Assembly (NCBI GenBank): GCA_963707915.1
Contig: OY970178.1
Location: forward strand, 3,360,001-3,424,000
DNA from: Candidatus Eiseniibacteriota bacterium
Lineage (GTDB): Bacteria; Eisenbacteria; RBG-16-71-46
Direction of reading: 5' to 3'
Length of the DNA stretch: 64,000 nucleotides
The position numbers and the translations under genes are program-made. The notes below the pieces were generated by a model. That model ran no database searches. It was not told where the DNA came from and saw nothing but the letters and a program-made list of their open reading frames with translations. Shown here piece by piece: positions 40,994-53,668 of the stretch (positions within the stretch are counted from its first letter, which is position 1; the number at the start of each line of letters is the position of its first letter).

Positions 40994-41518
40994 ATGCGAT
41001 TCCCGAGTGGATGCTGGGTACTCACCCTGGCGCTCGCCACCGTCCTGGCCGGGGGGTGCGCGACGGGCCGCAGGCCGGCGACGGCGGCGGACACCGCCGC
41101 CATCGAGGCCGCCGCGGACAGCCTCACGCAGGCCGAGAACACCGCGATCGCGGCGCGCGACACCAACGCCATCGCCGATTGCTACACCGCCGACGCGCGC
41201 ATGCTGCCGCCGAACCTGCCGCGGGTGGAGGGGAGGGACGCGATCCGGGCGACGTGGGCCCGGATGCTGGCCATGCCCGGCCTGACGCTGACGCTCGCCT
41301 CCGGGCAGAAGCTGGTGTCCGAGAGCGGCGACCTGGTCGTGGACCTGGGGACCTACGCGTTCACCGCCCGGGGTCCGAAGGGCAAGCCCCTGCAGGACAC
41401 CGGCAAGTACGTGACCGTGCTGAAGAAGGTGGACGGGCGGTGGAAGATGGCGGTGGACGTCTGGAACAGCGACCTGGCCGCGCCGGGGACGGCGAAGCCG
41501 GCGACCGCGCTTCCGTGA
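40994..41518 (+). CDS. NTF2-like (DUF4440/YybH) lipoprotein
   Basis: LAGGC lipobox; GRDAIR, GKYVTV.KK..G.WK..D. Confidence 0.85.
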   Translation: MRFPSGCWVLTLALATVLAGGCATGRRPATAADTAAIEAAADSLTQAENTAIAARDTNAIADCYTADARMLPPNLPRVEGRDAIRATWARMLAMPGLTLTLASGQKLVSESGDLVVDLGTYAFTARGPKGKPLQDTGKYVTVLKKVDGRWKMAVDVWNSDLAAPGTAKPATALP

Positions 41519-41576
41519 CCTGGCCGGCATCCTTCCACTCGCGGGCCCCCGCCGGCGCCACGCGCGGGGGCCCGTC

Positions 41577-42254
41577 GTGAGCGCGACGCGCGGGCTGCCT
41601 CCCGTGCGCCAGCTCGTGGGCATCCCGCTCAACGTGCTGTTCTTCCTGCTCCTCATGGTGCTGGCCTGGGGGAGCTGGTCGGGCTTCGTCGCCAGCCCGG
41701 TGCGGGTCGGCGTCATCGTGCTCCACGTGCTCATGATCCCGGTCATGACGCTGAGCACCTCGGGCCGCAGCAAGGGGCTCGAGCACGCGCCCGACTGGAA
41801 GCCGTTCTTCCCGCTGCTGGTCTTCCACTCGCTCTTCACCGCCTACGCGATGCCCTACATGGACGCCCGCGACCTGTGGGTGCTGCCCGGCGGCGACGTC
41901 ACGCGCTGGGCGGGCCTGGTGGTGCTGACGGCGGGCGTGGCGCTGCGTCTCGGGCCGATGCTCGCCCTCGGCCGGCGTTTCGCCTCGGTGGTCGCGCTGC
42001 AGCCGGACCACACGCTCACCACCACCGGCTTCTACGCGCGCGTGCGGCATCCATCGTACCTGGGGATCCTGCTGATGGACGTGGGCTTCGCCGGGGTGTT
42101 CCGCAGCGTCCCGGCGGTGGCGCTGCTGCCGCTGGTCCTGTGGATGTTCAAGCGCCGGATGGACGTCGAGGAGGCGTTCATGATCGGGCGCTTCGGCGAC
42201 GAGTACCGGGACTACGCCGCGCGCACCGCCCGGATCCTGCCCGGGATCTACTGA
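41577..42254 (+). CDS. Isoprenylcysteine carboxyl methyltransferase family membrane protein
   Basis: G.Y..VRHPSYLG, EE..M...FGDEY..Y. Confidence 0.9.
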   Translation: MSATRGLPPVRQLVGIPLNVLFFLLLMVLAWGSWSGFVASPVRVGVIVLHVLMIPVMTLSTSGRSKGLEHAPDWKPFFPLLVFHSLFTAYAMPYMDARDLWVLPGGDVTRWAGLVVLTAGVALRLGPMLALGRRFASVVALQPDHTLTTTGFYARVRHPSYLGILLMDVGFAGVFRSVPAVALLPLVLWMFKRRMDVEEAFMIGRFGDEYRDYAARTARILPGIY

Positions 42255-42256
42255 GC

Positions 42257-42784
42257 ATGCGCGGACGGCCTCCCGCCCGGCTCGCCGAGGGCGAACGCTC
42301 GGCCGACTCCGGGGCCTGCCGCGAGGCGGCGCTGCGGCTGCTCGAGCGGCAGCGCCGCACCCGGGCGGACCTCGAGCGGCGGCTGCGTGACAAGGGCTAC
42401 GCCGCCGCGACGGTCGCCGGGGTGCTCGACCGGCTCGGCGGCGTGGGGCTGGTGGACGACGTCGAGTATGCCCGGGCCTTCATGGCCGGCCGCCGGGCGC
42501 GCCGCTCGGCGGGCGCGCGCCGCATCGAGCAGGAGCTGCGCGCGCGGGGCGTGAGCGCCGAGGACATCGGGGCGGCGTCCGCCCGGCTCGACGCCGAGCA
42601 GGGCGGGATGGACGAGCTCGCGGCGGCGCGCAAGGTGATCGCCCAGGCCGAGCGTCGCAGCCGCGGGATCGAGCCGCGCCTGCAGCGCCAGCGGCTATAC
42701 GCGCTGCTTGCCCGGCGCGGGTTCGACGGCGACGTGATCCGCCGCGCGCTGGACCTGCCGGAGGAGGCGGGGCCGGAGGAATAG
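42257..42784 (+). CDS. recX: Regulatory protein RecX
   Basis: ALRLL..R.R..L, LVDD.EYA, I.QELRARGV, LARRGF. Confidence 0.9.
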   Translation: MRGRPPARLAEGERSADSGACREAALRLLERQRRTRADLERRLRDKGYAAATVAGVLDRLGGVGLVDDVEYARAFMAGRRARRSAGARRIEQELRARGVSAEDIGAASARLDAEQGGMDELAAARKVIAQAERRSRGIEPRLQRQRLYALLARRGFDGDVIRRALDLPEEAGPEE

Positions 42785-42962
42785 CGGAGCCGACCGGGGC
42801 GGGCCCGGCGGGCCCGGATCCCACCGGGGTGCCCCGGGTTCAGAGACCGGGCGGCCATCCTGTATAGTCCCCCGATTCGACGCCCGAGGCCCGCGGCCGT
42901 GCGACCCGCTCGCCGTGGCCGTGGCTTCCGGGACCGTGCGCGCCACCGACTTCGGAGACTGG

Positions 42963-45689
<2,727 letters not shown>

Positions 45690-45720
45690 GGACGGTGGAC
45701 TCCACGAGAGGGGATCTGCG

Positions 45721-46845
45721 ATGAAGGCCCTGGTACTGGCGGGGGGCCGCGGCACGCGGCTCCGTCCGATCACGCACACCGCCGCCAAGCAGCTCGTGCC
45801 GGTGGCCAACAAGCCGGTGCTGTTCTACGGGCTCGAGGCGCTGCGCGACGCGGGGATCCGCGAGGTCGGCATCGTGGTGAGCGACCCGCGCGAGATGCTC
45901 CAGCCCGATTCGCGCACCGGCGAGCGCCACACGGTGATGGTGAACAGCCAGGCCGAGATCCGCCAGGCGGTGGGCGACGGCTCGGCCTTCGGCCTGCAGG
46001 TCACCTACATCGAGCAGGAGGCGCCGCTCGGGCTGGCGCATGCGGTGAAGATCTCCGAGGACTTCATGCGCGGCGATCCGTTCGTGATGTACCTGGGCGA
46101 CAACCTGATCAAGGACGGCATCACCCCGTTCGTGCGCGAGTTCGAGGCCGAGAAGCCCGACGCGCAGATCCTGCTGGCCCACGTGAAGACGCCGTGGGAG
46201 TTCGGCGTGGCCGAGCTGGAGGGCGACCGGGTGGTGCGGCTCGAGGAGAAGCCCAGGCAGCCGCGTTCCGACCTCGCGCTGGTCGGCGTCTACCTGTTCA
46301 GCGCCTGCGTGTTCGAGTCGGTGAACGCCATCCGACCGGGCCGGCGTGGCGAGCTGGAGATCACCGACGCCATCCAGCACCTCATCGACTCGGGCCGCCG
46401 CGTGCGCTCGCACATCATCAGCGGGTGGTGGAAGGACACCGGCAAGGTCGAGGACATGCTCGAGGGCAACCGGATGATGCTGATGGGACTGCAGACCGAC
46501 ATCCGGGGCCAGGTGGACAAGGACAGCGAGATCGAGGGCCACGTGGCGATCGGGCCGGGGACCGTGGTCGAGCGCTCGCGCCTGCGCGGGCCGCTGGTGA
46601 TCGGCGCGGGCGCGCGCATCAGCGACTCCTACGTCGGCCCGTTCACCTCGCTGGCCGACGGCGTCGTGCTGTCGCGCTGCGAGATCGAGCACTCGATCGT
46701 GCTGGAGCGCAGCCGCATCGAGGACATCCCCGGCCGGATCGAGTCGAGCCTGATGGGCAAGGACGTGGTGGTCTGCGGCAAGGAGACGCGCCCCCGCGCG
46801 CATCGGCTCATGCTCGGGGACTCGAGCCGGCTGGAGCTTTCGTGA
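45721..46845 (+). CDS. rmlA: Glucose-1-phosphate thymidylyltransferase, long form
   Basis: LAGGRGTRLRP.T...KQL.PV, RGELEITDA, C-terminal beta-helix. Confidence 0.9.
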   Translation: MKALVLAGGRGTRLRPITHTAAKQLVPVANKPVLFYGLEALRDAGIREVGIVVSDPREMLQPDSRTGERHTVMVNSQAEIRQAVGDGSAFGLQVTYIEQEAPLGLAHAVKISEDFMRGDPFVMYLGDNLIKDGITPFVREFEAEKPDAQILLAHVKTPWEFGVAELEGDRVVRLEEKPRQPRSDLALVGVYLFSACVFESVNAIRPGRRGELEITDAIQHLIDSGRRVRSHIISGWWKDTGKVEDMLEGNRMMLMGLQTDIRGQVDKDSEIEGHVAIGPGTVVERSRLRGPLVIGAGARISDSYVGPFTSLADGVVLSRCEIEHSIVLERSRIEDIPGRIESSLMGKDVVVCGKETRPRAHRLMLGDSSRLELS

Positions 46846-47717
46846 GGGTGCTGGTCACCGGCGCGGCCGGCATGCTGGGCCGGGCGGTGATGCCGGCGCT
46901 GGCGGCGGCCGGCCACGCCGCGGTGGGGCTGGACCTGCCGGAGCTGGACGTGACCCGGTACGAGGGCGTCGCGCGCGCGGTGGCGGACCACCGGCCGGAG
47001 TGGGTGATCCACCTGGCGGCGTTCACGCAGGTGGACGAGTGCGAGAGCCGGCCGGAGGAGGCGCTGCGGGTGAACGCGAAGGGCACGCAGAACGTGGCGC
47101 TGGCCGCGGGCGGCTGCCGGGCCGCGGTGCTCGCGCTCTCGACCGACTACGTCTTCGACGGCACCGCGACGCGGCCGTACCGCGAGGACGACCCGCCGAA
47201 TCCCGTCTCGTCCTATGGCGTCTCCAAGTGGGCCGGGGAGCAGGCCGTGCACCTCGCCGCGCAGCAGACGGGCGGCCGCTGCGTCATCGCGCGCACCTCG
47301 TGGCTGTTCGGCCCCGGCGGGACCAACTTCGTGGACACCATCCTGGCGAAGGCCCGCGCGGGCCAGCCGCTGCGGGTGGTGGACGACCAGCGCGGCTCGC
47401 CCACCTTCACGGCGGACCTGGCGCAGGGCCTGCTGCGGCTCATGGCCGCCGGGCAGCCGGGGACCTACCATTGCACCAACTCGGGGGATTGCACCTGGTA
47501 CGACCTGGCGGCCCACGCGCTCGGCTGCGCCGGTCTCGACGTGCCGCTCGAGCGCGCGGACACGGCGTCGTTCCCGCGACCGGCGAAGCGTCCGGCGTAC
47601 TCGGTGTTGTCGAACGAGCGGTTCGAGCAGGTGACGGGCTGGCGGATGCCGGCGTGGCGGGATGCCGTGGGGCGGCATGTCGCGGCCACGGCCGGAGCAA
47701 CCGGGAGGAACCCGTGA
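46842..47717 (+). CDS. rmlD: dTDP-4-dehydrorhamnose reductase
   Basis: TGAAGMLG, STDYVFDG, YGVSK, DQRGSPT, RPAYSVL. Confidence 0.95.
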   Translation: MRVLVTGAAGMLGRAVMPALAAAGHAAVGLDLPELDVTRYEGVARAVADHRPEWVIHLAAFTQVDECESRPEEALRVNAKGTQNVALAAGGCRAAVLALSTDYVFDGTATRPYREDDPPNPVSSYGVSKWAGEQAVHLAAQQTGGRCVIARTSWLFGPGGTNFVDTILAKARAGQPLRVVDDQRGSPTFTADLAQGLLRLMAAGQPGTYHCTNSGDCTWYDLAAHALGCAGLDVPLERADTASFPRPAKRPAYSVLSNERFEQVTGWRMPAWRDAVGRHVAATAGATGRNP

Positions 47718-48358
47718 AGCAGGTGACGATGAAGCGGAGGAAGCGGCCTTCGAGGACCGGCTGGCTCGAGCGTGACGCGCGCGCCGGGCTGCGCGCGGCG
47801 GGCCGCTCGCTCGCGCGGCTGGAACGCCACGCCACCCGCGCGGTGGCCGCGGCGGCCGACGTGGTCGTGGCCTCGCTGGAGTCGGGCGGCACGGTCTACT
47901 TCTGCGGCAACGGGGGCAGCGCGGCGGACGCCCAGCACCTCGCCGCGGAGCTGGCGGGCCGCTACCTGGTGGATCGACCGGCGCTGGCGGCGGTGTCGCT
48001 CACCACGAACAGCTCGGCGCTCACCGCCATCGGCAACGACTTCGGCTTCGAGCAGGTGTTCGCGCGCCAGCTCGAGGGACTGGGGGTCGCGGGGGACGTG
48101 CTGGTGGCGGTCAGCACCAGCGGGGCCTCGCCGAACGTGCGGGCCGCGATCGAGGTGGCCCACCGGCAGGGCATGACCGTCGTCGGGATGACGGGGCTCA
48201 AGGGACGCGACTTCGCCGCCCTGTGCGACCTCGCGCTGGTCACCCCGAGCGACTCGACCCCGCGCGTGCAGGAAGGACACATCGCCATGGGCCACGTGCT
48301 CTGCGAGTTGGTGGAGCGCGCGTTGTTCCCGGCCCCGAAGAAGGCGGCGCGCCGGTGA
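47714..48358 (+). CDS. gmhA: Phosphoheptose isomerase (SIS domain)
   Basis: CGNGGSAADAQH, NDFG, STSG.S.NV, VQEGH. Confidence 0.93.
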   Translation: MKQVTMKRRKRPSRTGWLERDARAGLRAAGRSLARLERHATRAVAAAADVVVASLESGGTVYFCGNGGSAADAQHLAAELAGRYLVDRPALAAVSLTTNSSALTAIGNDFGFEQVFARQLEGLGVAGDVLVAVSTSGASPNVRAAIEVAHRQGMTVVGMTGLKGRDFAALCDLALVTPSDSTPRVQEGHIAMGHVLCELVERALFPAPKKAARR

Positions 48359-49245
48359 TCGGGGCCCTGATCCAGGAGCTGCGCCCGCGGCAGTGGACCA
48401 AGAACCTGCTGTTGTTCGCCGGCGTGCTCTTCTCGCAGCAGGCCGGTCACCCCGAGTTGCTGCTGCGGGCCGCGGGGGGCTTCCTCGCCTTCTCGCTGCT
48501 GGCCGGAGCGGTCTATCTCCTCAACGACCTGCGGGACGTCGAGCAGGACCGGATGCACCCGAAGAAGCGCAAGCGCCCAATCGCCTCGGGCCGCCTGTCC
48601 CCCACCGTGGCGTGGGTCGCGGCGGCGGTCCTGCTGGTCATCGTCTGGGAGCTCTCGACCTGGCTCGGCCTGCAGTTCTCGGTCGTGGCCGTGGCCTACC
48701 TGCTCATGAACTTCGCCTACAGCCACGGCCTGCGGGACCAGGTCCTGCTCGACGTGTTCTTCATCGCCCTGGGCTTCGTGCTGCGGGCCATCGCCGGGGT
48801 CGAGTTGCTGCGCCCGCTCTCGCCCGAGACCGCGCTGTCGCCCTGGCTGCTGGTGTGCACCTTCTTCGGGGCGCTGTTCCTGGCGCTGGCCAAGCGCCGC
48901 CGCGAGATGGCGAACGCGGGCGAGGATGCCGGGCGGCGCCGGGCGGTGCTCGCGCACTACACCCCCGCGCTGCTCGACGGGTTGCTGGTCGTATCGGCGG
49001 CCTCCAGCATCATGAGCTATGCGCTCTACACCATCTGGCCCGCCACGGTGGCCAAGTTCAACACCGAGGCCCTGCTCTACACCGTGCCGTTCGTGACCTA
49101 CGGCATCTTCCGCTACCTGTACCTGGTGCGGGCCTCCGAGAGCACCGAGGACCCCTCGCACGTGCTGCTCACCGACCGGCCGCTCATCGTCTGCGTGCTG
49201 CTCTACCTGCTGACGGTCATCGTCATCCTCTACGCCGGCGCATGA
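48355..49245 (+). CDS. UbiA-family decaprenyl-phosphate phosphoribosyltransferase-like protein
   Basis: RP.QWTKN, YLLNDLRD...DR.HP.KR.RPIASG, KRR.E. Confidence 0.88.
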   Translation: MIGALIQELRPRQWTKNLLLFAGVLFSQQAGHPELLLRAAGGFLAFSLLAGAVYLLNDLRDVEQDRMHPKKRKRPIASGRLSPTVAWVAAAVLLVIVWELSTWLGLQFSVVAVAYLLMNFAYSHGLRDQVLLDVFFIALGFVLRAIAGVELLRPLSPETALSPWLLVCTFFGALFLALAKRRREMANAGEDAGRRRAVLAHYTPALLDGLLVVSAASSIMSYALYTIWPATVAKFNTEALLYTVPFVTYGIFRYLYLVRASESTEDPSHVLLTDRPLIVCVLLYLLTVIVILYAGA

Positions 49246-50180
49246 ACCTGCCGCGCCGGGTCCGGGTCGAGGCGCGCGCCAAGCTCAACCTCGGGCTGGC
49301 GGTGGGGCCCAGGCGGCCGGACGGCTACCACGAGTTGGCGACGGTGTTCCAGTCGGTGACCCTGGCGGACACGCTCCTGGCCGAACGGCGCCGGAGCGGC
49401 TTCAGCCTCGAGGTGCGGCACGAGGAGGCGGCCGTCCGCGGCACGCTCTCCGCGGGCGCGCGCCGGGCGGTCCCCGCCGGTCGCGAGAACCTGGCGCTGC
49501 GCGCCGCGCGCCTCGCCGCGGATCACGCCGGGATCGCCGGTGGGGTTCATCTGCACTTAACGAAGCGGATCCCCGCGCAGGCGGGACTCGGCGGCGGTAG
49601 CGCCGATGCGGCCGCCGCGATGGTCGCGGTCTTCGCGCTCTACGGCGTGCGCGTCCCGCCGGCCGTCCGGCGGGCCCTGGGGATGCAACTCGGAGCGGAC
49701 GTTCCGTTTGCATTGTTTGGTGGTACTGCTCTCGGGTATGGGCGCGGCGAGCGACTCGCGCGAGTGAGGCCGGGTCGTTCGTTCCGGGCGATCATCGCGG
49801 TGCCGGCGTGGCGCGTGTCCACCACGGAGGCGTTCCGGCGGCTCGATGTCGGGAGAAATGGCTTGACACGGTGGAATGGCAAACTAAGATTCTCCATGGC
49901 TGTAAGAGGTATAGGGCCGTGGCCGCAACGGGTTCTGAGACTGGGCAACTCGTTCGAGCGGGTGCTCGGACCGAGGTTGCCGGAGTTTGCGGGTCTCTGC
50001 GACCGTTTGCGAGCGGCTGGAGTTCGGGAGCCCCGCATGACGGGCAGCGGTTCGGCTGTGTTCGGTCTGCTGGGGCCTCGCGGTTTCGCACGGTGCTTCT
50101 TCGACCGCTTCAGCGGGAGCGAGACGATCTACGTCGTCCGTTCCGCCGGGAGCGGACTCGGGATCAGGAGGCTGTCCTAG
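49242..50180 (+). CDS. ispE: 4-diphosphocytidyl-2-C-methyl-D-erythritol kinase
   Basis: AKLNLGL, DGYHEL, KRIP..AGLGGGSADAA, GADVPF, MTGSGS. Confidence 0.94.
   Translation: MNLPRRVRVEARAKLNLGLAVGPRRPDGYHELATVFQSVTLADTLLAERRRSGFSLEVRHEEAAVRGTLSAGARRAVPAGRENLALRAARLAADHAGIAGGVHLHLTKRIPAQAGLGGGSADAAAAMVAVFALYGVRVPPAVRRALGMQLGADVPFALFGGTALGYGRGERLARVRPGRSFRAIIAVPAWRVSTTEAFRRLDVGRNGLTRWNGKLRFSMAVRGIGPWPQRVLRLGNSFERVLGPRLPEFAGLCDRLRAAGVREPRMTGSGSAVFGLLGPRGFARCFFDRFSGSETIYVVRSAGSGLGIRRLS
49863..49890 (+). promoter_or_regulatory. Internal sigma70 promoter within ispE
   Basis: TTGACA-16nt-TAAGAT in an AT-enriched patch. Confidence 0.6.
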
Positions 50181-50297
50181 CCTGCCTCGCGCAGGAACGT
50201 CAGGTGCGATTCGACAGGAGTCGGGTTCACCAAAACGGTCGGACGGTAGCATGCCAGCAGCCGGCGCTCCCCTCAGGGAAGGGTCCAGGGCGACACG

Positions 50298-50612
50298 ATG
50301 ATCGAGATCACCGAGGTTAGGATTTCGCTGCGGGACGACGACAAGCTGAAAGCCTTCGTCAGCATCACCCTGAACGACTCGTTCGTGATCCGGGGCCTGA
50401 AGGTCATCAAGGGCAACACGGGTGTCTTCGTGGCCATGCCGAGCCGGAAGCGGCCCGACGGCCAGCACCAGGATCTTGCCCACCCGATCAACGACGTGAC
50501 GCGCAAGTACCTGACCGACAGGGTGATGACGGAATACGAGAACGAGTTGAAGCACCCCTCGTCGGCCCGCAGGGTCCAGGTCGAGACCGAGTCCGAGTCC
50601 CAGATCTATTGA
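50298..50612 (+). CDS. spoVG: SpoVG family protein
   Basis: EITEVRI, KLKAFVSIT, FVAMPSRK, DLAHPI. Confidence 0.95.
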   Translation: MIEITEVRISLRDDDKLKAFVSITLNDSFVIRGLKVIKGNTGVFVAMPSRKRPDGQHQDLAHPINDVTRKYLTDRVMTEYENELKHPSSARRVQVETESESQIY

Positions 50613-50814
50613 TGACCTCCGGCGCGGGCGCCCCCGACCCCCGTGCCCCCCGTCGGGCTGGCCGTCCCGGCGGTCCCGCCCCGTTTGACTCGCGCTGCCG
50701 ACCCCGCTAGTCTTCCAGCGCTTCTCCTCCAGCAGTGACTCTCTGGGCCTATAGCCATCCACCCCGACCTTGCCTTCGCGAGGGCGGACCGTGACGGAAA
50801 TCCCGTTCTGTTGG

Positions 50815-50889
50815 TGGGGCGTGGCCAAGCGGTAAGGCACGAGACTTTGGCTCTCGCATACGGAGGTTCGAATCCTCCCGCCCCAGCCA
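50815..50889 (+). tRNA. tRNA-Gln(TTG)
   Basis: CGAGA-CTTTGGC-TCTCG, GTTCGAATC, CCA. Confidence 0.96.
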
Positions 50890-51071
50890 GCCGATGGCGG
50901 GGCATTCGCTGCGTTGGCTCGGTCGCGTCGTGCTCGACGTATCTTCCGATACGTCTGCGCGCGACGCTCGGTCGCCGCCTTGCGACTGCCCCGCCCTCGG
51001 CTGGCTTCCGTGCTTGGCTGGGACGCTCCCTTGCATGGGCACTGCCCGAGGTGGGCCGCGTTGGAGTGGGC

Positions 51072-51195
51072 GGGCTGCGCTTCGCTGGCCCTGGGCCCGG
51101 CGCCGACGGCGGGGCTGCGCTTCACTGGCCCGGCGCCGACGGCGGGCTGCGCTTCGCTGGCCCCGGGCCCTACGGCGGGGCTGCGCCGCTGGCCC
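51072..51195. repeat. REP-like cluster, GGGCTGCGCTTCRCTGGCCC x3 plus one degenerate copy
   Basis: Copies at 51072, 51112, 51144, 51178. Confidence 0.75.
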
Positions 51196-51292
51196 GGCTT
51201 CGTTGGCGGTTGGCGTGCTGAATCCACCTGTTCTCTCCGCGGCCGGGTTGGGGCGCGGGCGCTTCGGGACTCTTCTCGGGGAGTAGAGCGAC

Positions 51293-52225
51293 TTGGATCC
51301 CTGTCGGATCTTTTCGGGGAATGCCAGCCGAGGGTTGGCGCAGGCCATCTGCGAAAAGCTGAACGTCCCGCTCGGGGACGCGACGGTGTCGCGCTTCGAG
51401 GACGGAGAGGTGTCGGTCAAGTTCAACGAGAACATCCGGGGCGGGGACGTCTTCATCGTGCAGGCCACGGCGCCGCCCGCGGACAACCTGATGGAGCTGC
51501 TGGTCATGCTGGACGCGGCCAAGCGCGCCTCGGCGCGCCGGGTGACGGCGGTGCTCCCGTACTTCGGCTACGCCCGGCAGGACCGCAAGGACCAGCCGCG
51601 CGCGCCGATCTCGGCCAAGCTGGTGGCCAACCTCATCGCGGTGGCCGGGGCCGACCGGGCGTTGACCATGGACCTGCACAGCGCGCAGATCCAGGGCTTC
51701 TTCGACATCCCGTTCGACCACCTCTACGCGGCGCCGGTGCTCATCGACTACTTCATCCAGAAGGAGATCTCCAACCCCATGGTGGTGGCGCCGGACATCG
51801 GCAGCGTGAAGATGGCGCGCGCCTATGCCAAGCGCCTCGGGGCCGAGCTGGGCCTGGTGGACAAGCGCCGCCCGAAGCCGGACGCGGTCGAGGTCATGAA
51901 CATCATCGGCGAGGTCGAGGGGCACAACGTGGTGCTCTTCGACGACCTGGTGACCACGGCGCGCACGCTGTGCCAGGCGGCGGAAGCGGTCCGCCGCAAC
52001 GGTGCGAAGGACGTCTACGCGGGCGTGACCCACGGGGTGTTCGCCCCGGGGGCGATGGAGTGCCTGGCGAAGTCGTGCATCAAGGAGTTGGTCGTCACGG
52101 ATACGATCTGCCATCCCCCGGGCTCGATCGGCCCCACCGTGCGGGAGCTGTCGGTGGCCGGACTGCTGGGGGAGGCGGTGGAGCGCATCCACGAGGAGCG
52201 CTCGCTCAGTTCGCTGTTCGTCTGA
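51293..52225 (+). CDS. prs: Ribose-phosphate pyrophosphokinase
   Basis: FEDGEV, PYFGYARQDRK, DLHSAQIQGFF. Confidence 0.96.
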   Translation: MDPCRIFSGNASRGLAQAICEKLNVPLGDATVSRFEDGEVSVKFNENIRGGDVFIVQATAPPADNLMELLVMLDAAKRASARRVTAVLPYFGYARQDRKDQPRAPISAKLVANLIAVAGADRALTMDLHSAQIQGFFDIPFDHLYAAPVLIDYFIQKEISNPMVVAPDIGSVKMARAYAKRLGAELGLVDKRRPKPDAVEVMNIIGEVEGHNVVLFDDLVTTARTLCQAAEAVRRNGAKDVYAGVTHGVFAPGAMECLAKSCIKELVVTDTICHPPGSIGPTVRELSVAGLLGEAVERIHEERSLSSLFV

Positions 52226-52318
52226 ACGCGCGTCCGGCCCACGGGGCGCCCGCCGCGGCGGGTCCGGGGTCGAGGCGCGATGGACGCGGGGCTCGCCCCG
52301 CTTGAAGGAGGAATCGGA

Positions 52319-53077
52319 ATGCCCGTCATCCCACTGACCGGCACGCGCCGGGACGACATCGGCAAGGGCGGTGCCCGCAAGGCACGGGCCGCCGGCCGCA
52401 TCCCGGGTGTGCTCTACGGACACGGCGAGGCGCCCATCGCCTTGAGCGTGTCCGCGCGCGAGTTCGAGCTGGCCACCCGCAAGCAGGGCAGCAACCCCCT
52501 CATGGGGCTGGGGCTGGACGGGAGCGAGCACACCGCCCTGATCCGCGGGGTGCAGTACGACCCGATCTCCCATGACATCATCCACCTCGACTTCCTGCGC
52601 ATCTCGCTCACCGAGACGATCGAGGTCGAAGTGGCCATCCACCTGATCGGCACGCCGGTCGGCGTGAAGGACGGGGGCGGCATCCTCGAGCCCATCCTGC
52701 GCGATCTAAAGGTCCGCTGCCTGCCGACGGCGATCCCGTCGTTCGTGGAAGTGGACGTCACCGAGCTCAACATCGGCGACTCCGTGCACGTGAGCGCGAT
52801 CCTGGCGCCGGGGGTCGAGGTCGTGACCGACGCGGACGTCACGGTGGCGACGGTGGTGCCGCCGACGGTGCAGGTCGAGGAGAAGCCGGCGGAGGAGGCG
52901 GCGGGCGCCGCGGCGACCGCGGCGGGTGCGACGGCGGCCGAGCCCGAGGTCATCGCCAAGGGCAAGAAGGAAGAGGGCGAGGCCGAAGAGGGCAAGGGCG
53001 GCAAGGAAGGCAAGGGCGGGAAGGAAGCCAAGGGCGGGAAGGAAGCCAAGGGCGGCAAGGGCGGCAAGGAGAAGTAG
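52319..53077 (+). CDS. rplY: 50S ribosomal protein L25/Ctc
   Basis: RIPGVLYG, HLDF, PVGVKDGG; KGGKE tail repeats. Confidence 0.95.
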   Translation: MPVIPLTGTRRDDIGKGGARKARAAGRIPGVLYGHGEAPIALSVSAREFELATRKQGSNPLMGLGLDGSEHTALIRGVQYDPISHDIIHLDFLRISLTETIEVEVAIHLIGTPVGVKDGGGILEPILRDLKVRCLPTAIPSFVEVDVTELNIGDSVHVSAILAPGVEVVTDADVTVATVVPPTVQVEEKPAEEAAGAAATAAGATAAEPEVIAKGKKEEGEAEEGKGGKEGKGGKEAKGGKEAKGGKGGKEK

Positions 53078-53083
53078 CCGCCC

Positions 53084-53668
53084 GTGTCGCTGGTGCTCGG
53101 CCTCGGCAACCCGGGTCCACGCTATGCGCGCACCCGGCACAACGTGGGCTGGCGCGTGCTGGACCGGCTGGTCGGGCGCTGGGGCGCCACTCCGGCCGGA
53201 GAGCACGGGACGTGGCGGGCCTGGCGCGCCGAGCGGGCGGGCGGGACCGTGGACCTGCTCCAGCCGCTCACGTACATGAATGCGAGCGGCGCGGCGCTCG
53301 AGGCGTGGCGGGAGCGCCACGGGCTCGACGTGGCCGGGATGCTGGTGGTGGTGGACGACGTCTACCTGCCGGTCGGCAGGCTCCGGTTGCGGGCCGCGGG
53401 CTCGAGCGGCGGCCACCGCGGGCTCGAGTCGCTCGAGCAGGTGGTGGGGGCGGATTTCGCCCGGCTGCGCATCGGCGTCGGGGCCGCGGTGGACCCGGCG
53501 GGGCTGCGGGAGCACGTGCTGGACGAGTTCGACGTGGAAGAGGAGACCGCGGTGGACGAGGCGCTCGAGCGCGCTGCGGACGCCGTGGAATGCTGGGTGG
53601 CCGAGGGAACCCTCGCGGCCATGAACCGCTTCAATCGCAGGAACCGCAGGGAGGAACCCGAGTCGTGA
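53084..53668 (+). CDS. pth: Peptidyl-tRNA hydrolase
   Basis: GLGNPG..Y..TRHNVG, TYMNASG, SGGHRG. Confidence 0.95.
   Translation: MSLVLGLGNPGPRYARTRHNVGWRVLDRLVGRWGATPAGEHGTWRAWRAERAGGTVDLLQPLTYMNASGAALEAWRERHGLDVAGMLVVVDDVYLPVGRLRLRAAGSSGGHRGLESLEQVVGADFARLRIGVGAAVDPAGLREHVLDEFDVEEETAVDEALERAADAVECWVAEGTLAAMNRFNRRNRREEPES

Noticed and set aside
51072..51195. Possible mini CRISPR array
   Set aside because: Linkers are only ~12-20 nt and resemble each other; no cas genes nearby
52991..53075. 18-nt tandem repeats at the end of rplY
   Set aside because: Low-complexity KGGKE coding tail, ordinary for Ctc-type L25
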